Positions 19,355-31,000 of a stretch of DNA of 64,000 nt are shown piece after piece. Location: positions 256,001 to 320,000 of the forward strand of contig JAVJNR010000002.1 in assembly GCA_040217195.1 (NCBI GenBank). Reading direction: 5' to 3'. Numbering within the stretch: the stretch's first letter is position 1; every line of letters starts with the position of its first letter. The translations under genes and the position numbers were made by a program. The notes beneath the pieces were generated by a model. It was not told the DNA's origin. It searched no databases and saw only the letters and a list, made by a program, of their open reading frames with translations. The stretch comes from Leptospiraceae bacterium. GTDB taxonomy: Bacteria; Spirochaetota; Leptospiria; Leptospirales; Leptonemataceae.

Positions 19355-20809
19355 TTAGCGGCTCTCTTCAAGCATGTATTCGGTAAACAAATCCTTTTGA
19401 TTTCCTTTCTCCTGGCTGTCCTGAAGCGCAAGTGGGTAGTTACCTGAAAAGCAGGCATCGCACCAGTTCTGGTCCGGCCTGGTGATCTTCATTGCTTTGT
19501 GAGCTCCTTCAAGGGTCAGGTAACCCAGGGAATCCACGCCCAGATACTTTTTGATCTCTTCTACTGAGTGGGATGACGCTATCAATTCCGTTCTTGTAGG
19601 AATGTCTATCCCATAAAAGCAGGGAAACTGAGTGGGCGGGGCCGAAATTCGTAGATGGATTTCCTTGGCCTGTGCTTTGCGCAGCATCTTTATGAGCTTT
19701 CGCGCAGTAGTTCCTCGCATAATGGAATCATCAATTAGAACCACTCGTTTTCCCCGAATGGCTGATTCCACTACATTGTACTTGATTCTTGCGCCAAAAT
19801 CCCGGATCTTCTGTTCCGGTTCTATGAAAGTACGTCCAATGTAATGCGAGCGAATCAGCCCCATGGTAAAAGGAAGTCCGCTTTCCTCAGCATATCCCAG
19901 GGCTGCCACGGTGGAGGAATCCGGAACACTTACAACACAGTCTGCATCCACTGGATACTCCAGGGCCAGGATCTTGCCCAGGTTTTTGCGAACTTCATAA
20001 ACGCTTTGATTGAATATTGTTGAATCCGGCCGTGCGAAATAGATATTTTCGAAGATGCAGAGTGATTCCTTTTTTTGCTCAAAAGGAAAGAAGGAGGTTA
20101 CGCCTGTTTGATCAACGCGAATCACTTCTCCTGGCTCCACATCTCTGTCATATTTTGCATCTGTAATATCAAAGGCGCAGGTTTCGGATGCGAAAACAAT
20201 GGAACCATCCGGGCGATGTCCCATTACCAGAGGGCGAAATCCATTCGGATCTCTAATAGCATAGAGCGCATCCCTGGTAAGAATTATAAGGCTATAAGCA
20301 CCGGAAATTGTTCTGAGTGCATCACAAAGTGCATCCAGAAAATCCGTATGACCGCTACGAGCCATCAAATGAACGATAACTTCTGAATCGATTGTAGTTT
20401 GGAATATGGAGCCTTTCTTTTCCAGCTCTGCTCTTAAAGACCAGGAATTAACCAGATTTCCATTATGGGCCAGGGAAAATGCACCCAGGTTGGATTCTAC
20501 ACGAATGGGCTGTGCATTTCTAAGAAAGGAAGCTCCTGTAGTTGAGTATCGATTATGGCCTATGGCAGCACTGCCAGCCAGCTGAGAAAGTTTGTCCTTT
20601 TCAAAGACCTGGGCAACCTGCCCCATGCCGGCGTATCGGTAGAGTCGTTCTCCATCGGTTGTGACAATACCAGCACTTTCCTGGCCGCGGTGTTGAAGTG
20701 AGTAGAGGCCGAGGTAAGTGAAATTCGAGGCCTCCGGACAGCCATAGATTCCGTATATGCCGCATTCCTCCTTCGGCCGATGCTCGGAGGAGGATGTCTC
20801 AAATTTCAT
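19355..20809 (-). CDS. purF: Amidophosphoribosyltransferase
   Basis: Motifs EECGIYG, QHRGQESAG, GHNRYST, YFARPDS and VLIDDSIMRGTT, plus the Fe-S cysteines. Confidence 0.98.
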   Translation of the reverse strand: MKFETSSSEHRPKEECGIYGIYGCPEASNFTYLGLYSLQHRGQESAGIVTTDGERLYRYAGMGQVAQVFEKDKLSQLAGSAAIGHNRYSTTGASFLRNAQPIRVESNLGAFSLAHNGNLVNSWSLRAELEKKGSIFQTTIDSEVIVHLMARSGHTDFLDALCDALRTISGAYSLIILTRDALYAIRDPNGFRPLVMGHRPDGSIVFASETCAFDITDAKYDRDVEPGEVIRVDQTGVTSFFPFEQKKESLCIFENIYFARPDSTIFNQSVYEVRKNLGKILALEYPVDADCVVSVPDSSTVAALGYAEESGLPFTMGLIRSHYIGRTFIEPEQKIRDFGARIKYNVVESAIRGKRVVLIDDSIMRGTTARKLIKMLRKAQAKEIHLRISAPPTQFPCFYGIDIPTRTELIASSHSVEEIKKYLGVDSLGYLTLEGAHKAMKITRPDQNWCDACFSGNYPLALQDSQEKGNQKDLFTEYMLEESR

Positions 20810-20850
20810 GTTTCCAGAAAGGTAAAAGCAGATAGAATTGGAACTAAAAA

Positions 20851-22896
20851 ATGCAGCCGGACAAGGAAAAACAGCAGAGACGAAACATGCAGCGATTCTT
20901 GCTGCAGAATCCTCTTCTCAGGTCTCTGGTACCGGATGCTCCGGCTGTCAGGCAATTTCTGGATTCGGTTCGATTATTGGACTTCCGCCGAGGAGAGGCG
21001 GTCTATGAAGAGGGTGAAGTTGCTGATTGTTTCTACATTGTGCGGCATGGGGAGGTTCATCGCTATCACAGAGAGGCGGATGGAAGTTCTCGCTTGATCG
21101 GTATTCATGGCCGGGGCAGTGTTCTGGGCGAGGTGAGCTTTCTGGCCGGAGAAAGACATGGTGCTCGAGCTCAGGCGGTGCTGGATTCTCAACTAGTAAA
21201 GATCGATCAGGAAGCCTGGGCTACACTTATTGAGCAGGAGCCAGAAGCATTGTCCGGCCTGGTCAGGATTCTATCCCGTCGGTTTCACCGTACCATGGAT
21301 CCGGCGGAGCAGTTAGAACCGGCCCGGCTTCATGTTCTAGCCTATCCAGATGATCCGGCCAGGGGGCATTTGCTGGCTCATGTATTATCTGAAGTTCTGG
21401 TAAGCGAAAATCATGGGCCGGTATTGCTTCTAGAACTGGGCTCCCCCAATGAACTGGATACGGAATTCTCTCCACTTCCGGAAGAGCTGGCACTGTATTT
21501 CGACTTAAACAAGAAGGGCTCATCGAATGCATCTCTGGCGGATCGAATGCAGCTACTGGATCGTCCGGTGGAACTATTCGAATGGCTGCGATCACTTTCC
21601 CATCCAAGTCCCAGAGGATATGATCACATAGATGCCAGTCCTCTCATGAATCTGGCCCCGGAAGCCCGGGCGAAAGCAGCTCATTCCATTCCTGCACTTC
21701 TTGGCCTCATGCGAAAATTCTATTCTCTTGTTCTGGTTCATGCAGGTCATTATACAGGTAAGCCGGATCCGATGCTGGGCGAAATTTACAGAAGCTGTGA
21801 TTTGATCGGTTGCGCCAGAGATTCTGGAACGGCTGCAGGTCCTCGCTGGATGGAGTATCGCCGCCGCCTTTCCAGACTGTTGCCCGATTTTTTCGATAAA
21901 CTCGTATCGATATCGGAAGAAAATCACAGCTACAGCCGGGAAAAAGAGCGAAATCCGGACAGATCTATTCCTTTGAAGCAGAACCGTATTCGTTTGTTTC
22001 TGCATGAGAATCGCCGGCTAAATGCAAATTCTCCGGGAATGCATCGACTGGCGCGAAAGCTAAGTGGCACTTTGCGAGGCCTGTGTCTCGGGGGCGGAGG
22101 AGCCAGGGCGTATGCACATGCAGGAGTTCTGGAGGTGCTGGAACAGGAAGGAATAGAGTTCGATGGAATCTCCGGTACATCCATGGGCGCGGTAGTGGGT
22201 GCTGCCCATGCAGCCGGTATTTCAGCAAGAGAAATTCAGCATCTGCTGCGAAAGAGTTTGCCGGACTCGGATGCAATTCTAGACAAAGGGCTTCCAATTG
22301 TAAGCTTCTTTAAGGGGGATAAGCTTAACCAGGTTTTGATGGATGTTTTCTCGGGTCTGCAGTTCGAGGATATGCAGATTCCATTTTTCTGTAACAGTAC
22401 CGATCTAAATACCGGCGAAAGCCTGATCTTTGAGAGCGGCTATGTCTCCATGGCTTTAAGGGCCAGCGTTAGTATTCCTGGAGTTTTTCCGCCCGTACAA
22501 ATGCCTCCCTATACCCTGGTAGATGGGGGAATATTAAATAACCTGCCTGGAGATGTGCTCAGAACAAGAGGATTCAGCCGAGTCGTGGGAGTGAATGTAA
22601 CGCCCATGGAAGATGATCGGTCCAGCCAGACAAGAGTGGATTTTTCGGAAGGTGTGCAAGGAGTCATGGAGTATTTTAGCCGTCCTCCGGTGCTATCTAT
22701 CATCACTCGTTCCATTGCTGTGGAGGGTCGGGAGCTTCTGAGGTTTCGATTGCAGGATTTTGATTTCATTTTGAATCCGGAAATCAGTGCTTTTGACATT
22801 TTTGACTTTGGCCGGCATGATCAGATTTTCGAGGCCGGTCGGGCGGAGGCGCGATTGAGGATTAGTGAGCTCTGGCAGGCATTGCTCCGCCATTAG
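20851..22896 (+). CDS. Cyclic-nucleotide-binding domain plus patatin-like phospholipase
   Basis: N-terminal cNMP domain (GEVSFL...RHGARA). Patatin motifs GGGGAR, GTSMG and DGG. Confidence 0.92.
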   Translation: MQPDKEKQQRRNMQRFLLQNPLLRSLVPDAPAVRQFLDSVRLLDFRRGEAVYEEGEVADCFYIVRHGEVHRYHREADGSSRLIGIHGRGSVLGEVSFLAGERHGARAQAVLDSQLVKIDQEAWATLIEQEPEALSGLVRILSRRFHRTMDPAEQLEPARLHVLAYPDDPARGHLLAHVLSEVLVSENHGPVLLLELGSPNELDTEFSPLPEELALYFDLNKKGSSNASLADRMQLLDRPVELFEWLRSLSHPSPRGYDHIDASPLMNLAPEARAKAAHSIPALLGLMRKFYSLVLVHAGHYTGKPDPMLGEIYRSCDLIGCARDSGTAAGPRWMEYRRRLSRLLPDFFDKLVSISEENHSYSREKERNPDRSIPLKQNRIRLFLHENRRLNANSPGMHRLARKLSGTLRGLCLGGGGARAYAHAGVLEVLEQEGIEFDGISGTSMGAVVGAAHAAGISAREIQHLLRKSLPDSDAILDKGLPIVSFFKGDKLNQVLMDVFSGLQFEDMQIPFFCNSTDLNTGESLIFESGYVSMALRASVSIPGVFPPVQMPPYTLVDGGILNNLPGDVLRTRGFSRVVGVNVTPMEDDRSSQTRVDFSEGVQGVMEYFSRPPVLSIITRSIAVEGRELLRFRLQDFDFILNPEISAFDIFDFGRHDQIFEAGRAEARLRISELWQALLRH

Positions 22897-22957
22897 CGGT
22901 AATTGATTGCCTCTGCGATTCCCGGGAGGAAGGTGTGTTGTCAGGCAAGGCAATAGA

Positions 22958-23581
22958 ATGAAAGAACTAAGAAAAGAGTACATCAAGAAAACACTGGAAG
23001 AAGAAACCACAGGAATGGATCCCCTGGAACTTTTTCACACCTGGTTTGAAGAGGCCCAGATCAGCGAAGAGGATGCCAATGCCATGAGTCTGGCAACTGT
23101 GGATGGAGTGGGTCAGCCAGATGTAAGAATTGTCCTTCTTAAAGATCTAAGAGCCGAGGGATTTGTATTTTTCACCAACTATGATTCTAAGAAGGGTATG
23201 GATCTGGTGGCGAATAATCGAGCCGGACTTTGTTTCTTCTGGAGAAGCCTGGAAAGACAGGTACGGGTTCAGGGAACAGTGCAGCGTGTGCCGGTGCAAG
23301 AATCCGAGGAGTATTTTAACAGTAGGCCCCTGGAAAGCAGATATGGTGCCATAGCATCCAGGCAGAGCGAACCAGTGGATTCCAGAGGCGTTCTGGAAAA
23401 GAAGATGAAGGAAGTGAAATCTCAATACGGGGAAAATCCGCCCAGACCGGAATCCTGGGGCGGTTACGTTCTGGATCCTGCCAGAATTGAATTCTGGCAG
23501 GGCCGGGCCGGCCGGTTGCATGATCGGTTGATGTACGAAAAAAAGGGAGAGACCTGGCGTCGTATCCGGCTCAGTCCCTGA
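22958..23581 (+). CDS. pdxH: Pyridoxamine 5'-phosphate oxidase
   Basis: Motifs RIVLLK, FFTNYDS, LERQVRVQG and EFWQGRAGRLHDR. Start moved to ATG 22958. Confidence 0.96.
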   Translation: MKELRKEYIKKTLEEETTGMDPLELFHTWFEEAQISEEDANAMSLATVDGVGQPDVRIVLLKDLRAEGFVFFTNYDSKKGMDLVANNRAGLCFFWRSLERQVRVQGTVQRVPVQESEEYFNSRPLESRYGAIASRQSEPVDSRGVLEKKMKEVKSQYGENPPRPESWGGYVLDPARIEFWQGRAGRLHDRLMYEKKGETWRRIRLSP

Positions 23582-23672
23582 TGGATATGCATAGCGAAAA
23601 CTCTGGAATGATCAAGGCAAGGGGCCTGGCGGACTGTCTGCACAAAAGGGACCGGCCGCAGATCGAAGGAAT

Positions 23673-25802
23673 ATGCGAAAGTTGGCACGGTTCTCCCTGA
23701 TGAAAATCATTCAAATTATTCTATTTCTGCTCATTTCTGGCTCCGGTCTCCAGGCACAGAGTGTTTCTAGAGGTGTTCTGGATCTTCGCAACGCAGACCT
23801 GGAGACTATTCACTTCCTGGACGGTGAATGGGCCTTTTATTGGAATCGCCTTGTAAACCCGCTGGAATTGCGTAGCCCGGAGTCCGTCCAGATTGCGGCC
23901 ACAGCTCCTGCATCGGAAAAGCCGGATACATTTGCAGAAGTTCCTGACGATTGGAACGGATTGAAACTGGGCAATCATACCCTGGAAGGAACCGGGATTG
24001 CAACATATTACCTGCGAATTCTTTTGCCCGAGGAGCATCCTCCTCTATCGCTCAAGCTTCTGGATGAGTCCAGCGCCTACGCCTTATACGTAAACGGCAA
24101 ACTGTACGGCGAAAATGGGCAGGTTTCCCGAACCGAAGAAAACTACATACCCAGCTATCGCACTCGACTCTTTGAACTACAGGAGAAGGGTCAGGTTCTG
24201 GATCTAGTTTTACATGTTGCTAATTTCGGACATCGAAAGGGTGGACTGTGGGAGCGAATTAGAATTGGGCCCCAGGATAAGATTCGTCAGTACCGGGAAG
24301 GAAGGATAGTCTTTGAAAGCTTTATCGCTGGAACGCTGGTAATCATGGGCTTCTATCACCTGGGATTATTTTATCTGCGAAGGAAAGATCTATCAACACT
24401 CTGGTTCGGTCTATTCTGTTTAATTATTGTTCTTCGCCTGGTATTAATCGGGGAGCGATTGCTTCATGGAATCATACCTCTGGGCTGGTGGGAAACTCTG
24501 CTCAGACTGGAATACCTTAGTGTCTATGGCGGTGTGACTACTTTTATTGCCTTTGTGCACAGTCTATACCCTGGAGAAACCAGTCGTCGATTTCTTCAGG
24601 TGCTACTGGCTATCAGCGCTGGATTCGCATGCTTTGTACTGGTTACACCTACGTTGCTGTTTACTCCTTCTGTGGATTATTTTCAGTTTGTGCTTCTGAC
24701 GGCCATCGCCTATGCGGTGGGAGTATTTGGATTGGCAATTTACAGGAAGCGAGAAGGAGCCATATTTGTGAGCGTTGCATCTCTGGTTCTTTGTGCCACG
24801 GTCGTAAATGATCTTGCATACAACCAGCAATTGATACGTACAGCTCAGCTCGTTGCAGTGGGACTATTTGTTTTTATCTTTATTCAGGCATTCATTCTCT
24901 CCATTCGATTCTCCAGGGCTTTCTCCACTATCGAAAGCATGAAGGATAATTTGCAGCAATACAATCAGGCTTATAGCCGATTTGTTCCAGAAGAGTTTTT
25001 GAAGTACCTGCACAAAGAAAGCATCCTGGATATTCGCCTGGGCGATCAGGTGCAGGAAACCATGAGTATTCTGTTTCTGGACATTCGGGACTTCACTCAG
25101 AGATCCGAAAGGATGTCTCCAGCAGAAACGTTTGGGTTTATCAATGAATACCTGGGTCGAGTGGGTCCGTTGATTCGAGATCATGATGGATTCATAGATA
25201 AATACCTGGGCGACGGACTGATGGCACTTTTTCCCGGAAAGCCCCGGGATGCGGTGGAAGCAGGTCTGGCAATACAACGAGCTGTTCAGACATTCAATCA
25301 GGAACTAATGCAGCAGAATCTGGCTCCTATTCGAATTGGCATCGGAATTCATACAGGATTGCTGATGCTGGGAACTGTGGGCGAAGCGGAGCGAATGGAT
25401 GGAACTGTGATATCCGATGCAGTGAATCTGGCCGCTCGAACAGAAGGCTTAACTCGAATTTATGGGGTTAGCATGATTGTAAGTCAGGATACTCTGTTCC
25501 ATCTGGACGATCCGACTCGCTATAGCTATAGGTTTCTGGGCAAAGTGCGCGTGAAGGGAAAAGATGAGCCGGTAAGCATTTTTGAGTTTTTCGACCTGGA
25601 TGAAAAGGAAGCCAGGACAATCAAGGTAGTAACCCGGGAGGACTTTGAGCGAGGAGTGATGCAGCTTCATGAGAAGGATTTCCTGGGAGCTCGAAAGTCC
25701 TTCCAGGCTGTTCTCAGAGCAGCCCCCGACGATGGTGCTGTGGTCTATTATCTGTCCCGACTGGAAAAGATTCTTATGCGAAAACCGGATCTGGTTGATT
25801 GA
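23673..25802 (+). CDS. 7TM-DISM receptor adenylate/guanylate cyclase
   Basis: Extracellular beta domain (LDGEWAFYW) and seven TM helices. Class III cyclase motifs LFLDIRDFT, DKYLGDG and TVISDAVNLAAR. Confidence 0.92.
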   Translation: MRKLARFSLMKIIQIILFLLISGSGLQAQSVSRGVLDLRNADLETIHFLDGEWAFYWNRLVNPLELRSPESVQIAATAPASEKPDTFAEVPDDWNGLKLGNHTLEGTGIATYYLRILLPEEHPPLSLKLLDESSAYALYVNGKLYGENGQVSRTEENYIPSYRTRLFELQEKGQVLDLVLHVANFGHRKGGLWERIRIGPQDKIRQYREGRIVFESFIAGTLVIMGFYHLGLFYLRRKDLSTLWFGLFCLIIVLRLVLIGERLLHGIIPLGWWETLLRLEYLSVYGGVTTFIAFVHSLYPGETSRRFLQVLLAISAGFACFVLVTPTLLFTPSVDYFQFVLLTAIAYAVGVFGLAIYRKREGAIFVSVASLVLCATVVNDLAYNQQLIRTAQLVAVGLFVFIFIQAFILSIRFSRAFSTIESMKDNLQQYNQAYSRFVPEEFLKYLHKESILDIRLGDQVQETMSILFLDIRDFTQRSERMSPAETFGFINEYLGRVGPLIRDHDGFIDKYLGDGLMALFPGKPRDAVEAGLAIQRAVQTFNQELMQQNLAPIRIGIGIHTGLLMLGTVGEAERMDGTVISDAVNLAARTEGLTRIYGVSMIVSQDTLFHLDDPTRYSYRFLGKVRVKGKDEPVSIFEFFDLDEKEARTIKVVTREDFERGVMQLHEKDFLGARKSFQAVLRAAPDDGAVVYYLSRLEKILMRKPDLVD

Positions 25803-25856
25803 AGATGCCAGGAAGGGAATTGCTATCACAGACCCTAAGTCATAACCCGTTCATTA

Positions 25857-27959
25857 TTACACTGAAGCATCCGTGAACAGTGGACCCTGATTTGAAAGAG
25901 CTCTGAGAAAATCTTCTTCGGGCATGGCTGCACCGGTGAAGTATCCTTGAACCATATCGCAGGACTCCTGGCGCAAAAACTCTGCAATTGTTCTGGATTC
26001 CACTCCCTCCGCTATCATGCGAAGCTTTAATGCATGTGCCAGTTCTACTACAGCCTGGGAGATGGCAGCGTTGTCATCGTCTGTGTCCAGGTTTTTGACA
26101 AATGCTCCATCCAACTTCAAATAATGGACCGGGAAATACTTCAGATAATTCAGCGAGGAGTAACCTGTGCCAAAATCATCCACCGCAAGCTCCACGCCCA
26201 TCTGGTCCAGGGTTTCCAGTATCTTAATTGTAGTTGCAGGTCTTCGCATTAACTCGGATTCCGTGATCTCCAGAATCAGGCCCGCCGGATCCAGACCGGT
26301 TTCTTTCAGTGTTTGCTCTACCTGGAGAGCGAAATTCTTTTGACTTAATTGCTGCACAGCCACGTTTACTGAGATCCCGGTATCCATGTATCCATTGGCT
26401 CTCCATCTGGCGGCTGCCTTGCAGGATTCTTTTAACACCCATTGTCCAACATCACGAATAAAGCCTGACTCTTCTAGAATTGGAATGAACTCGGATGGAG
26501 TAACTACACCAAACTCTGGACTGGTCCATCGTAGCAACGCTTCGCCATGAGTAAACTTTCCGGTTTTTAGATCAACAATAGGCTGGAAATGAATTCTCAG
26601 TTCTTCCCGCTCCAGGGCCTTGCGAAGAGCACCGGAGAGCTGGACACGTCTATGGTTTCTTTGCTGGATTTCTTGATTAAAGAATATGTATGTATTCTTT
26701 CCACTTCTCTTGCCGGAATACATTGCCGCATCTGCATTCTTCAGTAGCTCTTCGAAATCTTTTCCATCCTCTGGATAGAGGGCCAGTCCAATACTGGCGG
26801 TGACATGCAGTACATTTCCCAGCACCAGGTAATCTCGGGATACTTCCTGTAGTAGAGTTTTACAGAGTTTTTCGATGTTCTTTCTATCGGATCGTCCGGG
26901 CACCAGGATGGCGAATTCATCACCACCGATTCTGGCCAGCAAAGACTCCTCACCGGCATATCCGTGGACTACACTTTCCAGACGGTTGGCCACCTCATCC
27001 AGCATAGTGTCTCCGGTGCTGTGGCCCAGACTATCATTGATATCCTTGAAGCCATCCAGATCCAGATAGAGTAATGCAGCTTGCGATTTGGTGAAACGGA
27101 GGATTCGATTGGCACTGGTTTCGAATGCCAGTCGATTAGGAATTCCAGTAACAGCATCCCTGTAGGCCAGGTTTCGAATTCGATCCGCCATCATGTTGAA
27201 CGTAGTGCTCAAATGAGCGATTTCATCCTTCCCGTCTACAGATGCCCGGGAGTCAAGGTTTCCCTGGCCGAATGCGGTGGTTGTATCCAACAGGTGCTGC
27301 AGCCTGCGCATCAAAAACAAATAGTAAGCCAGTGCCAGGGCTGCAAGGATCCCTGCGATCAATAGATTGGTAGTAAGAATGTTACCTGTTACGGCTGCTC
27401 GCCTTCGTTCTATTAGATTTTCCAGGGAGTAGAGCTGCACGATAATTCCGTTTTCTGTTTCAGCTTCTGGATTCAAACGAAATGGATAGAGTGCGAGAAT
27501 ATCCTGGGTCGATTCGATGTACTTAAGTTCCGGTCGGCCAGGGCGAGTCCGCCAGTCAGCCATTATGCTTCGCACGGCTTCGCGCTCCCTATCCTCCAGA
27601 GCCGGGACGCGCAAGGCATCTTCAAAAGAATTACCCTGAAGACCCGGGGAAGGAGAATGCATGATTTCACCGACACTATCCAGGACCACCAGAAGTCGAA
27701 TCTGAGGATCTGCATTTAGTAGTCGCAGGAAGCCTTCCTCCACCGGTTCATTGGAGGCCTGTCTTTCTTCCAGGTAGGATCGAGTGAGACTCATGTTTTG
27801 AGCCACCAGAGACTTTCGATCCTGAATCAGGTTGTGGGTAACATTTTCCACCTGGGTCTGAATCATCACGCCTACAGACACGAAAGTGAAAGAAAAGAAG
27901 AGCACCGGAAATAGTATCCGGAACGGAATGAGTGAAAGCAGTCGCTTCATTCGACGCAC
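25857..27959 (-). CDS. HAMP-GGDEF-EAL diguanylate cyclase/phosphodiesterase
   Basis: Two TM helices with a periplasmic domain, HAMP (DEIAHLSTTFNMM), intact GGDEF, EALLRW and DDFGTGYSSL. Confidence 0.95.
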   Translation of the reverse strand: MRRMKRLLSLIPFRILFPVLFFSFTFVSVGVMIQTQVENVTHNLIQDRKSLVAQNMSLTRSYLEERQASNEPVEEGFLRLLNADPQIRLLVVLDSVGEIMHSPSPGLQGNSFEDALRVPALEDREREAVRSIMADWRTRPGRPELKYIESTQDILALYPFRLNPEAETENGIIVQLYSLENLIERRRAAVTGNILTTNLLIAGILAALALAYYLFLMRRLQHLLDTTTAFGQGNLDSRASVDGKDEIAHLSTTFNMMADRIRNLAYRDAVTGIPNRLAFETSANRILRFTKSQAALLYLDLDGFKDINDSLGHSTGDTMLDEVANRLESVVHGYAGEESLLARIGGDEFAILVPGRSDRKNIEKLCKTLLQEVSRDYLVLGNVLHVTASIGLALYPEDGKDFEELLKNADAAMYSGKRSGKNTYIFFNQEIQQRNHRRVQLSGALRKALEREELRIHFQPIVDLKTGKFTHGEALLRWTSPEFGVVTPSEFIPILEESGFIRDVGQWVLKESCKAAARWRANGYMDTGISVNVAVQQLSQKNFALQVEQTLKETGLDPAGLILEITESELMRRPATTIKILETLDQMGVELAVDDFGTGYSSLNYLKYFPVHYLKLDGAFVKNLDTDDDNAAISQAVVELAHALKLRMIAEGVESRTIAEFLRQESCDMVQGYFTGAAMPEEDFLRALSNQGPLFTDASV

Positions 27960-28011
27960 CTATCGAATGTTTCGAAATCAACCATCTCAGGACAAGGATT
28001 GTGATAAGCCC

Positions 28012-31000
28012 TTAGAACTGGAAGTAAATAAAGGGCTGAACATCCCGAACGGAAATCTGGAACAGACCAGTAAGTAGAAGAAAAGCACTGACCAACTGAA
28101 CCGGCAGTGGAGTGCGATCCCATAGATCAGCAGCTTTCTGCCGAAACCTTACAGGTGTTAGATGGTACATATAGGCCAGTATGACTACCAGTAGATAGGT
28201 CCATCCGGTGTTGGGAATACTCCATTGTCCTGAGGAAAAGAACTCTGCAGGAAATAACGATCCGAAGAAATCCAGAAATTGGTCTACATCGTGGGAGCGA
28301 AATAGCACCCATCCGATTAATACTAGATGCAATGTAATAGCCCGGCGTAACCAGAGATTTGCTGCGGAATCCCGATTGCGCTTCAGAGAAATAGTCCCCA
28401 ACTCTTCAGAGTTCTCCCGGTTACCCAGAGCCGTGTCTTTCCCGGTGGAGCCGGATCTTCGCCTGCGAATTGCATCTGGTATTCTTTCAAGCATCAAGAA
28501 GAGACCATGATAGATGCCCCAGGCAACAAACATTATTCCCGCTCCATGCCATAGACCGGCCAGAAACATTGTTATAAACAGATTGCGGTACATATAAAAT
28601 CTGTTTCCACCAAGAGATATATATACATAGTCGCGAAACCAGCTACCCAGGGATATGTGCCAGCGTCGCCAGAACTCTGAGATGGATGCGCTTTGATAGG
28701 GTCGATTGAAATTGTCAGTTAATCGAAATCCCAGAAGCCTGGCCGCTCCCAGGGCCATATCAGTGTAACCAGAAAAATCTCCATAAATCTGCAGACCATA
28801 GGCATAGAACACAATCAAGGTCTCTGCCGAAGTGAACATCTCAGGATTTTGATAAACTCTATCGATCAATCCATAAGCCAGCCAGTCGGCGGTCATCTTT
28901 TTGATTAAACCTCCCAGGAATTGAAACACTCCCAGGTTAAAATCTGTATGGTTCGGTAGAAAATGATAGATTCCCTTTTTTATGTCAGGGATGAACTCGC
29001 TGGCTCGAACGATAGGTCCGGCCACAAGCTGAGGGAAGAAAGTTACGTATAGAGAAAAACGCAGAAAGTTCTTCTCCACAGGCAAAGTACCGCGATAGAC
29101 ATCGATTGTATAACTGAGGGTTTGAAAAGTATAGAAGGAAATCCCTACCGGTAGGAGAAGTCCAAGGGCTGGAACGGTTATTTCCCATCCGCTGGCCTGA
29201 AAGCCCTGGTTCAATAGATGCGCAACGAAATCAAAGTACTTAAAGAAGAACAGTAGCCCCAGGTTACCGGCCAGAGAAATCAGTAGATAGGTACCTCCAA
29301 TGCCTCCTGTTCCGTAAGCCGTTCCAGATCGCTCTCTGGCTCGTGCAATGGCCATACCGCAATAATAATCCAGAACGGTTGAAAAGAGCATCAGGCTTAC
29401 TGGCCAGAGTTTCCAGGAGGCATAGAAGTAATAAGAAGCAAGTATTAGAAATATCAGGCGAAGAGCGGGATATCGAAGTAGTATAGTTGCGCCCAGCACC
29501 ACAATAAACAGAAAATAGGCGAAGTCCATGGAATGGAATGCGATGGCCCCCGGGCTTGCATCTCGGTCGGTAATGGACCTGGGCTGATAACTATACAGAT
29601 CCTCGTGGTCTTTGAAGTCTGCGCTAATGGAGAAATCATTTTTGCTGTCTAGATTGCCGGAGTAGATGAGATAATGGGTAATCAGAGCATCGTAAATTCC
29701 CTGGGCCAATCGATCTCCGCCACTTCGGGTTAGATGGGTGTAATCGCTAATCGCTTCACCATTCTTGAACATGGTCTGCATCTGGCCTTCGCCACCCAGG
29801 TATTCATAAGAATCGAAGTAGGCGAATTTAAACTCCGAGGCCAATTGCATCTGCACTTCCCGGACAATTAACTGTGCTTCGGATGGTTTGGGGCCTGCCG
29901 CTGAAGGTAACAGCCGCTCAAAGGGGCCTACGATTAACACAGGTGTTTCGGGTAATGCCTTGCGCACTCGACGAAAGTACTCTCTTAGCTGCGATTCATA
30001 TTTTTCCTTCGTAAATCCCCTGTAATTCGAAGAAAGGGATGCGGACTCATTGACTCCATACTGGTAAATCAATAGATCCGGATTCGCGGCTTTCAGGCCA
30101 CAAATCAGCACATCCTCCGGAATCATGGACATCCAGGCCAGGTGAATACCCATCTTTACAATGGCGCTATAAGAGACTCCTCTGGTGTTTTCCAGAAACA
30201 GACCATCTATAATTGGAAATGGAATTGTTTCCTTCTGTGGAATCACAGATAATTCCAGTTTTCGCGATTCCGGGATGTCAATTTCAGCCACCGAACAGTT
30301 TCCCTGAACGGTTACGTTTCGTTCAATGGTAGATTTGCTGCCATCCACCTTCACTACATTGGCTTGAACTAAATAGGTCAGAGGCCTGGTAACATCTCCA
30401 TTCTTTAAACGCTCGGGGTGGCCGATGATGATTCGCACTCTTTGCCAGGGAGCCATGCTGGCATCCGGAAGAGTATGCGAGGTCACAGATTTTGCATACG
30501 TAGGAGTTGCTGATCCGCCGGAGAAACCCAGAACGGGCATTAGCGGCATGGTAAAGCTTTCGAAAGGAATGGTGGCTATGCGAAATCCCCGGCGAGTTTC
30601 ATTATCGTGTTCCTTGAGCTCAGAACTGGGAGAGTCAATGATGTTTACCAGACCCCGACCGCCATCCATAAAATCCTTCTGGAACAGTTGCTTCATTTTG
30701 AGCGAAAGGTTATCGCCCCACATTATGGAATCTCCGAAATGCAGAATCCGGACTGTACGAGTTTCCGTACCTTTAGGATCTACCTTTTCCAGCCCTTTCA
30801 GTGCTTCAAAGAAAGTTTGCAAGCGATCAAAATCAGGACCTGAGATCAGTATTGGTCGAGACTCTACTGATTTCGGTTCTTGATCCTTTGCTTCTGTATT
30901 CGTTAGTTCATCATTCGCCTTGTCGCTTTGAGGTTGCTGAGGCCTGGAATCGCTGGCCGAGGAGAACTGGGAGAAATCGTTATATGCCTGAATAAAAGGT

